Below, one piece after another: positions 31,982 through 40,827 of a DNA stretch of 64,000 nt. Origin of the DNA: Pseudobdellovibrionaceae bacterium (GTDB lineage Bacteria; Bdellovibrionota; Bdellovibrionia; Bdellovibrionales; Bdellovibrionaceae). The position numbers were made by a program, and so were the translations under genes. Where the stretch lies: contig JBDHWW010000001.1 of assembly GCA_039810425.1 (NCBI GenBank), positions 64,001-128,000 on the forward strand, in the 5' to 3' direction. Numbering within the stretch: the first letter of the stretch is position 1; the number at the start of each line of letters is the position of its first letter. The notes under the pieces are model-generated. The model had not been told where the DNA came from. It worked only from the letters and a program-made list of their open reading frames with translations, and did no database searches.

Positions 31982-33132
31982 CCGCGAATACTTTGAAATA
32001 TAAGGCGCTTATTTTCTTAATTGTGCTGTTTTATTCTTTTTCGACTTTCTCGGCAGAGAAGGTTTTCAAGGTTTTGTCGAAGGCAAAACATGTGAAGGAA
32101 AATTTTCAAATACTTATTTCTCCATATCCCCCAAGTCTCTATACCCCCAAACATCCACCAAGAGCCATTTTGCTTACGATGGATGGGCGTGTAACTAAAA
32201 CTTGGACTTTGCCCAGACCCGCCATTATTTCCAAGATACGCGACGACGGGAACCTATACTCACTGCTTCTCACTGAAAAAGAGAACCGGGTTACCGGAAA
32301 CCCCGGGGAATGTGACCAACTGATTGTGATTAATTCTAAAAATCAAGTGGTCAATAAATTTGATTTAAAGGCGAGTTCTCACGACTTCACTTTTTTGCCT
32401 GAAAATAAAACTGCCGTGTTATTTTTTGAAAAGATGGCTGGTTCAGAAATTAAGAAAATTATTAAAAATTCCACTCTTGATTTCGGGTATGGGGATAAGA
32501 TCAAAATTTTTGAAAATGGCGACAAAGAAATTTGGTCCTGGAGTTTAAAAGATCACTTAGGCGAAATAAAGCTGGAAGATGGCTATAAAGACTCCAATTT
32601 ATTCGTAAGCAATTCGAATTCCCTCCAGTATATTCCAGTGAATCCAATTAGTAAGAAGCCAGCATTTTTAATTAGCATGAGGCACTTGGATATTTTATTG
32701 ATGATCGAATATCCTTCCGGGAACATTGTTTGGCAATCACAAGGGGGCGGCTTGTCCCGGCAACATGATGCGACTTTTGACGGAAAGAACGTGCTTGTCT
32801 TCAACAACAATCTTCATACTGAAATTCCTAATCTTCAGTTACAAAAAATTGATCCTATTGGAAATTCGATCGTCTATAAATGGTCCCCCAAATTTGTATC
32901 CGCACTGACCACGTCGACCATGGGGGGAGTGCGGGAAATCGGTCCGGGGCATTTTTTAGTGAGCCTTTCCAACCAAGGTCTTATAATGGAAGTAAATGAC
33001 GGCCAAATTGTCGGAAGCTATCTCATTCGTACAAAAAACTTTGAGGTGAAAGAGTGGCCACTCGGAGAGCCTTTTTTCCGCCTAGAAGTGTACCAGGACA
33101 GTTTTTTAAACAAAGCCAAACTGCTGCACTGA
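31972..33132 (+). CDS. Aryl-sulfate sulfotransferase (ASST)-like beta-propeller, exported
   Basis: Signal peptide; SHDF, IWSWS, NSLQY, LISMRH, IVWQ, QHDA, LVFNN. Confidence 0.72.
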   Translation: MQVAANTLKYKALIFLIVLFYSFSTFSAEKVFKVLSKAKHVKENFQILISPYPPSLYTPKHPPRAILLTMDGRVTKTWTLPRPAIISKIRDDGNLYSLLLTEKENRVTGNPGECDQLIVINSKNQVVNKFDLKASSHDFTFLPENKTAVLFFEKMAGSEIKKIIKNSTLDFGYGDKIKIFENGDKEIWSWSLKDHLGEIKLEDGYKDSNLFVSNSNSLQYIPVNPISKKPAFLISMRHLDILLMIEYPSGNIVWQSQGGGLSRQHDATFDGKNVLVFNNNLHTEIPNLQLQKIDPIGNSIVYKWSPKFVSALTTSTMGGVREIGPGHFLVSLSNQGLIMEVNDGQIVGSYLIRTKNFEVKEWPLGEPFFRLEVYQDSFLNKAKLLH

Positions 33133-33143
33133 CTGGATAAAAA

Positions 33144-34175
33144 ATGACAAAATTTTTCGAAAGAGGGTATTTTCCGGTTACGCACGAGCTGTTCTTAGCG
33201 CTCTTTGTTGGATTTTGTTTCCTTGGCGGGATTTTGGAAATTTTATTTGCTTCGAGCATTCTTCAATCCACGCGTAACCTCTTGGAATTTTTTGTTATTT
33301 TCATCCTTTTGAATGAGTTTCATATTTTTCTTACGCCGTTGATGTTGTTTTCTACCAATAGCGGACGGCAGTACATGAAAGAAGCGGGACACGAGTTTGG
33401 ATTTAAACGAAAAGCAGTAGTGGTCTCAGTCTTATGTTTTATTGTGACGTTTGTAGCATTGCAATATGTCCGTGGAATGGTGATGAACTTGATATTAGGT
33501 TTTATCATTTGCTGGTCTCATTACCATGCGGCGAGGCAATCATGGGGTATGTCCTGCATCTATCGAAGAATCTCGGGAGAATTCTCGGATAAAAGTTCTT
33601 CATGGAATCGTTGGCTTTTTGCGCCGATAGGTCTTACGCATGTTATTTTTTATTTTATTTTGATATTTAAAGAAAAGCCCGGTCCGGAAATGGTGAATTT
33701 GTTTTCTGCTGTATCCTCAATATGCGTCGTATTTTACCTGATCACTCCGCTGATTAGAGAAAAGAAACTTTGGTCTTGGGCTCGCTTTTATGATTTACGG
33801 CTTTTCGCGTACCCAATGGCCCTTCGTGGAAGTTTGTTGGTGCTTGCTATTCACGGTATAGAGTATTTGTTTATTTCAAAGAAATTTTTTGAAAGTGAAG
33901 ATAAGAAAGGTGGCCTTTCTAAGCTGGTTTTCGGGATCTTGCTAGGCATCTTCATTTTCTGTGTTTCATTTCGGTTGCTGGCAATAGATTTGACGCGAGA
34001 ACCGGTGAAGGAATTTATCGGAATTCGATGGCTCACCTCTGTCCTTGTCGCGATTTCTTTAACCGCTAAAGTATTTCATTTTTGGGTGGACGGATACATG
34101 TATACAAGGCAATACGCTTCCACCAGAAAGTGGATTCTCAGTCATATTGGGATTCGAGGCGAAACAGGCGTGTGA
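33144..34175 (+). CDS. Polytopic membrane protein with four conserved His (paralog of 30043..31056)
   Basis: NEFHI, YHAARQSWG, IHGIEY, FHFWVDG. Confidence 0.65.
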   Translation: MTKFFERGYFPVTHELFLALFVGFCFLGGILEILFASSILQSTRNLLEFFVIFILLNEFHIFLTPLMLFSTNSGRQYMKEAGHEFGFKRKAVVVSVLCFIVTFVALQYVRGMVMNLILGFIICWSHYHAARQSWGMSCIYRRISGEFSDKSSSWNRWLFAPIGLTHVIFYFILIFKEKPGPEMVNLFSAVSSICVVFYLITPLIREKKLWSWARFYDLRLFAYPMALRGSLLVLAIHGIEYLFISKKFFESEDKKGGLSKLVFGILLGIFIFCVSFRLLAIDLTREPVKEFIGIRWLTSVLVAISLTAKVFHFWVDGYMYTRQYASTRKWILSHIGIRGETGV

Positions 34176-34348
34176 TTCGTAACGGCTTCGCGAGACAGCG
34201 ACATACCGCTTTAAAGTGTGGAACGCTTATAATTTAAATAAGGCTCTGATTAAAAAATTGCAATCAAGTCGCGGGGAATATAACATGTACTATAGGCTAT
34301 AATGGGCAACAAATATGGCCACGAAATGTTTTATTGTCGGGATCTCAA

Positions 34349-35164
34349 ATGCATAAAGCGGTTAGGCCGATACTAAGAAATAGAAGAGGCATTAGTCTTA
34401 TCGAGGTCTTAGCGGGCACAGGCCTTGCTGCCGCCACCGCGTTGGTAGCGGCTTTTCTTGCAATCACATTTTATAGATATAATTCTCAAAATTCCGCCAA
34501 CGTGGAATCTGAAATTTATTTGCTTACGGCCTCTCGGGATTTGCATAGGGCTCTCAGTATGGCGGCTGATATCAGTTTAGAGCCTGGGTCTCTGGATGGA
34601 GTCAGTCTTGTGGGGGGCCAAGGGAAGATTCGTAATTACATCGCTGATGTAATGGGCCCAACCCCCGGGCAAATTGAAACCGTGGCCGTTTTTATGCGTG
34701 AATCTGGTGGACCGCCCGGACTCTTCGTAAGCAAATTTATATCTACTGGAATTTTCTATGCCCGACCGAGCCCCAAAACCTCTGGTGTTTTATTTATCGT
34801 CTCTGAGCCTGGGGGAGGGCCTTTGACACCAAAGTATTCAGACCTATTTTATGGAAAGATTGTTGAGTTTTATATCAGTAACTTTTACTACACTAGGGGT
34901 GTTTTGACGTCGGTCGAATTTTCCATTACGGCCCGCCGATTTTTGGACAGCGATGTCTCGAAGTGGACTTTTTGCCCCCAAAAAGATATCGTTGGCGGAG
35001 TTGCCGGTTGCACTGGAACACATGCTACGTTCCGCGATGTTGTCTATAAAACGCGAGTGACTTTTTCCAACCAAGTCGTGAGAAACACTGACCCGAGAAC
35101 TTCGGCGGCGAGTGCTCCTTACGAGCGGCTATTGGGAAATATATACTTGTTTCCACAGCGTTAA
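34349..35164 (+). CDS. Type IV prepilin-like protein (PilW-like minor pilin)
   Basis: Class III signal RNRRG|ISLIEVL with Glu5, followed by a hydrophobic helix. Confidence 0.75.
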   Translation: MHKAVRPILRNRRGISLIEVLAGTGLAAATALVAAFLAITFYRYNSQNSANVESEIYLLTASRDLHRALSMAADISLEPGSLDGVSLVGGQGKIRNYIADVMGPTPGQIETVAVFMRESGGPPGLFVSKFISTGIFYARPSPKTSGVLFIVSEPGGGPLTPKYSDLFYGKIVEFYISNFYYTRGVLTSVEFSITARRFLDSDVSKWTFCPQKDIVGGVAGCTGTHATFRDVVYKTRVTFSNQVVRNTDPRTSAASAPYERLLGNIYLFPQR

Positions 35165-35173
35165 GGAGTTGTC

Positions 35174-35824
35174 TTGAATAGAAAAGGTCAAAGCCTCATA
35201 GTTCTTTGTTTGGGCCTGAGCGCTGTTGTCCTAGTGCTTACTGCCAGTATATTGGTGGCATTGGACAATAAAAACCAACAGGTCATACATCTCAAAAAAA
35301 GAATTTTAGGTCAAAATGCTACGATACAACTCTCATATATTTTAGTGGCGGCTTATAGCGAGGGTCAGAAGTACCCACTTTGCAATAATCCCAGTTTCTC
35401 AGGGGCTACTCTGATGGTAGTTTCTGGCAATGTGCTCTGCTTGCCACCGCCGCCAATTTGTGTTGGTACCAACTTCCGGTATTGCTTGGCCAACAGCGGA
35501 GGACTGATGATTACGGACTATAGGACTCCCGTTCAGGACATGTCCAATCAAGCGTCTTGGTCTTTGCCTTTCAGGTTTGATTTTTCTGTTTTGCCTACCG
35601 CAAATGCGCAGTCAGCACCTTGGTTGCCTTCGCTAGGAAGTGCCCCGAGCGCGCAAGTATCTGTCGTTGGTTTGGCTGCCGATAGATATGTTAAATGTGA
35701 GCCGGCGGCGCTTTGGAATTCAAAGTGCTTTCGCATTCGCGTATGCATCAATGGAAGTCAGGTATGCCCTTCTCAAGACGACTATTTTGAAACAATAGTT
35801 GCTATTCAGGTTCAAAAGATTTAG
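35174..35824 (+). CDS. Type IV prepilin-like protein lacking Glu5 (PilX/GspK-like), Cys/Pro-rich
   Basis: AAGGAG RBS; MNRKG|QSLIV plus hydrophobic helix; multiple Cys and CLPPPPIC. Confidence 0.65.
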   Translation: MNRKGQSLIVLCLGLSAVVLVLTASILVALDNKNQQVIHLKKRILGQNATIQLSYILVAAYSEGQKYPLCNNPSFSGATLMVVSGNVLCLPPPPICVGTNFRYCLANSGGLMITDYRTPVQDMSNQASWSLPFRFDFSVLPTANAQSAPWLPSLGSAPSAQVSVVGLAADRYVKCEPAALWNSKCFRIRVCINGSQVCPSQDDYFETIVAIQVQKI

Positions 35825-35838
35825 GCATTTCTTCGAAA

Positions 35839-37389
35839 ATGGGAAACCCATCAATTTACACAGTCCCATATCAAAAAAATAAAAGCTACACGGAATATCT
35901 GCTCGATATCGAGAAGGCGATACTGTCAAAGTCGGAATTTTTTCAGATTGAATGGGGTCTTTCAAATTGTGCCTTTTTTAATCTCTTTATTGAGGCGATA
36001 CGCGATGCTCATCTTAAGGTTTGCATTAAATGTTTCGCGTCCGATACTAAAAATATTATTCAATACGGTGCTGACGGATTTATACTCCATATTTTTGTAA
36101 GTAATGAGCAAGATCTAAGACCGCACATCAGTGATCTCCAGCAGCTCAAAACACCACATGTTTTTATTCTAGCGGGAAATCGCGATACAAATTTCATAGA
36201 GACCATTCGTCTGTTTCAGAATCATCTGAATGTATTTCCAAATTTCTATTTTGCCAGCTTTGATAAAACAGATAAAAAGTCTTTAGGTGTTCGCGGGGTC
36301 GCGAGCAGCATAAGAAAAATCGAAAAATTTTTCCCAGGATTTTTAGTTCGGCCGCTTCCGGGGCTGGACCTACAAGACCATTTTTTGATTTCGAAATTTG
36401 AATCGGAACCCTTGGTTACCAAGCCAAATTTTGAAATTCGATTGCCCTCAAACTCAGTCATGTTCAGCTTTATCATACCCACCTACAATAATAAGTATTT
36501 TCTGATAAATGTTCTAAAACATATTTTTGCTCAAACTTACCCCAAAGAAAATTTTGAAATTTTAATAGTGGATGATGGTGGTACTGATAACACGCTGGAG
36601 TTTATGACCTCTTACTTAGGCAGTGAAGATATCAAAGTAAACTTGCGCTATTTTTATTGGCCCAAGCCATCTGTGGCGGAGGGAGAGCCACCCTGTTTTC
36701 GAGCGGGCTTATGCAGAAATGTCGGGGCTAACAATGCGTTGGGAGAACACCTCATTTTTTTGGATTCTGATATTCTCCTACCTCCCGGGTTTCTCGTTGA
36801 ATTAAGAAACCTCTTTCTATCGCAGGATGTAATTCAATATGTCCGACATCACGTTCTGCCTGAGAAAAGCGATTCTTGTGTTTCATTTGCCGATTTGGAT
36901 TTGAAAAAGGATGCTTTCATAGAAGAAAAGGATTATTGGAGGCCGTTCTTTGAGCACCCAAACTGGGTTGAGATGCCTTTTTATTGGAAATACGCCTGCA
37001 CTTATTGCCTCGCCATGGGGAAAAATAATTTTTTTAAAGCGGGTCGATTTAGGAAATCGTTTTTATCCTACGGATTCGAGGATACCGATCTTGCGTACCG
37101 TCTTCACCAAATGGGGTTGCGGTTTTACCTATCAAAGACCGTGACCTTGCATTTGACAGATTCTTCAGAATCATCAAAACATTCTGGCAGGACCATAAGA
37201 CGGTTCATTGCCCTCAGTAAAACCGCGAAAATTTTCTTTCTTGCAAATCTGGATCTTGATATCTACCACCATTTTGAATCATTTATGGGCGGAGAAGATT
37301 CATTTTTAAAAGATTTTAACTATGCTCTTGGAAAGTTTCTTAAAAGAGTTTCTAGATTTTCGAAAAAAGCAGAAAGCCAAAGACGGTAG
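35839..37389 (+). CDS. GT2 glycosyltransferase with N-terminal extension
   Basis: SFIIPTYN, EILIVDDGGTD, RN.G, FLDSD, YGFEDTDLAYRL. Confidence 0.88.
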   Translation: MGNPSIYTVPYQKNKSYTEYLLDIEKAILSKSEFFQIEWGLSNCAFFNLFIEAIRDAHLKVCIKCFASDTKNIIQYGADGFILHIFVSNEQDLRPHISDLQQLKTPHVFILAGNRDTNFIETIRLFQNHLNVFPNFYFASFDKTDKKSLGVRGVASSIRKIEKFFPGFLVRPLPGLDLQDHFLISKFESEPLVTKPNFEIRLPSNSVMFSFIIPTYNNKYFLINVLKHIFAQTYPKENFEILIVDDGGTDNTLEFMTSYLGSEDIKVNLRYFYWPKPSVAEGEPPCFRAGLCRNVGANNALGEHLIFLDSDILLPPGFLVELRNLFLSQDVIQYVRHHVLPEKSDSCVSFADLDLKKDAFIEEKDYWRPFFEHPNWVEMPFYWKYACTYCLAMGKNNFFKAGRFRKSFLSYGFEDTDLAYRLHQMGLRFYLSKTVTLHLTDSSESSKHSGRTIRRFIALSKTAKIFFLANLDLDIYHHFESFMGGEDSFLKDFNYALGKFLKRVSRFSKKAESQRR

Positions 37390-38255
37390 TAGTTGCCGGT
37401 AAAAAAGAGATATATGCCGAGGGCCTTGTATTGGGGACAATAGTTTCTATTTTGATAGCCCAAGTTAAATGCCCATTGTGACAAAAGAATCCAAAAATTT
37501 ATTGCGTCGTTTTTTTTCGACTGGTCAAAAGCAAGAGGAGGTCTTATATCAGTTCTTAGAACAGCATTTAATTTTTCTTCGATGTAGAATGTTCCTGCCC
37601 CTTGTCTATAGAATTTTTGAATGAAATCGACGGCGTTCAATTTTGTATTGTGAAACACCGCCAGCTCTGGAAAAAGAAGAAAAATTTTATTTCCGCCGCC
37701 GTTGAGTCTCAAAAAAAATTCGGTTTCGCTGCCGCCATAGATAATATTTTCGTCGAACAAGAGGCCGTCGAGTAAGTGCCGCTTACAGCTAAAGTTGCCG
37801 CCAATCAGGAAGCGGCAGCGGTTTTTAATCTGGGCGCCTTCTGAAAGCCACTTCATTTGACTATAGTTATAGGCGATATCTGGAATTCTCAGGCCATTGA
37901 TTTTATAGGTGCCGCCAATGCAGCAAGCGGCGGAATGCTTGTGATGCAAGTCTCTATGTTGTTGCAGAAATTTCGCATTCGCAGTCTCGCAATCGCTATC
38001 CAAAAAAAGTATTAAAGGCGCACTCGAGTTTATAATTCCTATATTTCTCGCAAGATTGGCACCAGTCATTTTGCATTGAATGTTTCTGGTATTGGAAAAA
38101 TCGGAAACTACTTTTTGCGCTTTCTTAGAGGGAGGATTTGAGATAACGATAACCTCATACTGAAACGAGGTCTCTTGGGATCTTAAGGACAAAAGCAGCG
38201 TTAAGAGGGACTCTTCATCTCGATGATGTGGTATCACGACTGACATTTCAATCAT
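37320..38255 (-). CDS. GT2 glycosyltransferase
   Basis: GGAGG RBS; SVVIP, ARNIG, FLDSDC, GGNFS, FDE..YGGSETEF. Confidence 0.85.
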   Translation of the reverse strand: MIEMSVVIPHHRDEESLLTLLLSLRSQETSFQYEVIVISNPPSKKAQKVVSDFSNTRNIQCKMTGANLARNIGIINSSAPLILFLDSDCETANAKFLQQHRDLHHKHSAACCIGGTYKINGLRIPDIAYNYSQMKWLSEGAQIKNRCRFLIGGNFSCKRHLLDGLLFDENIIYGGSETEFFLRLNGGGNKIFLLFPELAVFHNTKLNAVDFIQKFYRQGAGTFYIEEKLNAVLRTDIRPPLAFDQSKKNDAINFWILLSQWAFNLGYQNRNYCPQYKALGIYLFFTGNYYRLWLSAFFENLETLLRNFPRA

Positions 38256-39405
38256 CGCCACCTCCGTTTTCGGGATGGGTGCGCACAATTCTTTTTTTCC
38301 ACTGATATTGCAAGAACCAGTAACATTTGAAAAAAGGATATCCGCATAGCCATTTTATTTTTGAAATAAAGAGAGCGCGGCTTTGCCAAGAGTTGTCCCA
38401 TCTGCGGCGAAAAGACCAGAAAGTATTGATACACAGAACACGGATTTGCCACAAGCGGCCATAGCATCGGCGAAGACGCCAATAGGTATTAATGGTAAAT
38501 GCCGGGACCCAAGAGAATGCTCGAAGTTGAAAATAAAAAAGATCAGTCAAAAAGCCCTGGCAGGCGCCGCAGAAGCGTCTTATCCATCCCCCAAGTTCCT
38601 CTCGAACTTTATAGCCCTGGGGGTTTAAGACTATTTTGAGTAACCAAAAGAATAATCCTAAAAAAAATATTAGCCCAGAATGATGGACCACTTTAAGCGC
38701 AATACGGAGAAATACGCTCGAATGTTGAGAGTCCATGGGAGGCTTTTTTTGGGGAGTCGGCAGAAAACCCCTCATCTGTGGGACGTCCAAGGGATTCTTT
38801 TCAGAATAAAGACTTAGGATGTTGAGATCAAGACCGAGATGGCTGGCCTCGGACTCGCGGAGCGCCATTCTTTCGATGCTTTCTTTTTTATTCAAAAGAC
38901 AATCACGCGGATCCCGCTGAGGTAAAGAGATAAAACTCACCCTATTTTGAAGTATGGGAGGAAGCGTTGCTAGGACTTCAGAATCCGCGCTGACACGGCT
39001 CTCAAGATAATAAAGTCTCAATTCCGGATCGAGATTCACTAGTTCGACCACCATAGTCTCTTCAACTTGCGAAAGACGTTTATGGAAAAGTAAATCAACG
39101 TGGAGGTTGTTCGCTAGAAGCTCCCGTGCTCTCCTTTTTGCAGTCGGGAGATGCGGTATTTCAAAAAACACGGATTTTCGGTTTGAGAGGTGGTTGAGGG
39201 ACTTCATGATGGAATCGGAGTTCTTTGCCTCAAGCAGTTCAACGGTCAAGGCAATGCCCACATGGGGATTGTGCTCGCCGTTGAGCCATTCGATGGCCCC
39301 GGCTTCGTCGGCGTATTGAATGACTTCACCGACATGTAGAAAATGATGTGAGACTTTTTTTTTTACAAGCGGTGCCAACTCAATAAAATGAACTTGGCGA
39401 GCCAT
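38248..39405 (-). CDS. Hypothetical protein with hydrophobic segment and Trp/Arg-rich repeated C-terminus
   Basis: ATG 39405 overlaps the upstream pilin stop (TAATG); the stop overlaps the next GT2 start. Confidence 0.6.
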   Translation of the reverse strand: MARQVHFIELAPLVKKKVSHHFLHVGEVIQYADEAGAIEWLNGEHNPHVGIALTVELLEAKNSDSIMKSLNHLSNRKSVFFEIPHLPTAKRRARELLANNLHVDLLFHKRLSQVEETMVVELVNLDPELRLYYLESRVSADSEVLATLPPILQNRVSFISLPQRDPRDCLLNKKESIERMALRESEASHLGLDLNILSLYSEKNPLDVPQMRGFLPTPQKKPPMDSQHSSVFLRIALKVVHHSGLIFFLGLFFWLLKIVLNPQGYKVREELGGWIRRFCGACQGFLTDLFYFQLRAFSWVPAFTINTYWRLRRCYGRLWQIRVLCINTFWSFRRRWDNSWQSRALFISKIKWLCGYPFFKCYWFLQYQWKKRIVRTHPENGGGDD

Positions 39406-40811
39406 TATGGGCAGCCACCACACATAAAGTAGACGGTTGCAGCGCTGACACCACAGCCTGTACCGCAAGAGCCGCAAGTAGAGCCACAGGTTGGCATCGG
39501 AATATCCCACATCAAACTAGTGCTGCCGCCATAGAAAACATTTGTCGGCGAAGTGCTGGCGGTTAAAAAATTCAAGGAAGAATTAGAGGAGGTATCAAGG
39601 GCGGCAATTTCAATATTGACGCGGCAATAAGCGGGAAGATTGCTATAAGTTAATTTATAGAGAGGTTTTTGCGGTGTACTAGAGGGATCAAGAACGGCAC
39701 TTGTTGGGGCGACTCCGCAAGCAGTAACTCGGTCGCAAGGCACCCATTGTCTTGACGTGTCGGCCACATTGACCGCGTACTGAGAGTTATAGACGAAACC
39801 CGTAGATCCAGGATAACTCGGTTTCGGATATACGACGGTTGGTGCAGGAGCGCCGGGGCCACTGCAGGAGGCCATTATATGGCCTGGAGCTAAAGTTCCC
39901 TTCAAAACCGAAGTATCACGACAAACCATCACGGCACCCGGTTCGATATCTATAGATGAATATCCAAAAGTAACCGCATAGCTGCCGCCGCCGCTGGTAC
40001 AGCTTGCGCCCCAGTTTGGAATTGGGTTGATAGTCTTGTAGTCCGGAGCTACCGGTGGGTTCATGTCTGGCGCATACTGAAATTTTTGTTCTATTGAGCA
40101 AGAGGAAGGGAGGCCGGATTCATTGGTGAACGACTCAACAACCTTGAGAAGTAGGCCCGTGTTATACCTGTTGTTGCCTTTGGCGGCTTTTGCCGGAGAT
40201 GTTCCAAACGCCGAATTCGTGTTTGTGTCGGGGTATAGTGGTTCAGGCGCAATACGCAGAGGCATTGGGCAAGTCATATCCAGCGCCCCTGTTTTTGTAT
40301 CATAAGGAATGACCTGGATTTGCACACTTGCGCCTTTAAGCTCACTGCTAGGTTTGGTGAAAAGATCTGGCGCACTCGCAGTATAGGTTCCACCTGTTAG
40401 GCAAAGAGCTGGGTTTGAATTGTAAATTCCTAATAAGGCATTGATGGAACTCGTAATTAATATACTGTTATTGAGTGTCGGTGCACCCGTGGAACCTAAA
40501 ACATCCAATGTCGTGGGCCAGAGCATCGGATCCGAGATACCTATAGTATTCAAACTATCCGAGGGCGTTCCAGGATAAGTCCGGGTGCTTCCTAAGGGAG
40601 TGAAATCTGTTATGGCCGCAAAATAACCGATGGATTGAAATTTCTCGATAATTCCGGCCGTGTGAATTCGGCAAATATCCATAGATCGGTTGTTCGACTT
40701 GCCGATATAATTAAACGTTGCTAATCCACTGAGTGCCGCAACCGAAATTATAACGCAGGCAAGAAGAACCTCAACCATTGAAAAGCCGTTTTTATTTTTG
40801 AAAATATTCAT
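39405..40811 (-). CDS. Large type IV prepilin-like protein with Ser/Thr/Pro/Gly-rich body and Cys-rich C-terminus
   Basis: KNKNG|FSMVEVLLACVII class III signal with Phe1/Glu5; ends CGSTCGSCGTGCGVSAATVYFMCGGCP. Confidence 0.82.
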   Translation of the reverse strand: MNIFKNKNGFSMVEVLLACVIISVAALSGLATFNYIGKSNNRSMDICRIHTAGIIEKFQSIGYFAAITDFTPLGSTRTYPGTPSDSLNTIGISDPMLWPTTLDVLGSTGAPTLNNSILITSSINALLGIYNSNPALCLTGGTYTASAPDLFTKPSSELKGASVQIQVIPYDTKTGALDMTCPMPLRIAPEPLYPDTNTNSAFGTSPAKAAKGNNRYNTGLLLKVVESFTNESGLPSSCSIEQKFQYAPDMNPPVAPDYKTINPIPNWGASCTSGGGSYAVTFGYSSIDIEPGAVMVCRDTSVLKGTLAPGHIMASCSGPGAPAPTVVYPKPSYPGSTGFVYNSQYAVNVADTSRQWVPCDRVTACGVAPTSAVLDPSSTPQKPLYKLTYSNLPAYCRVNIEIAALDTSSNSSLNFLTASTSPTNVFYGGSTSLMWDIPMPTCGSTCGSCGTGCGVSAATVYFMCGGCP

Positions 40812-40827
40812 TTGCTTTCTCTACTAT

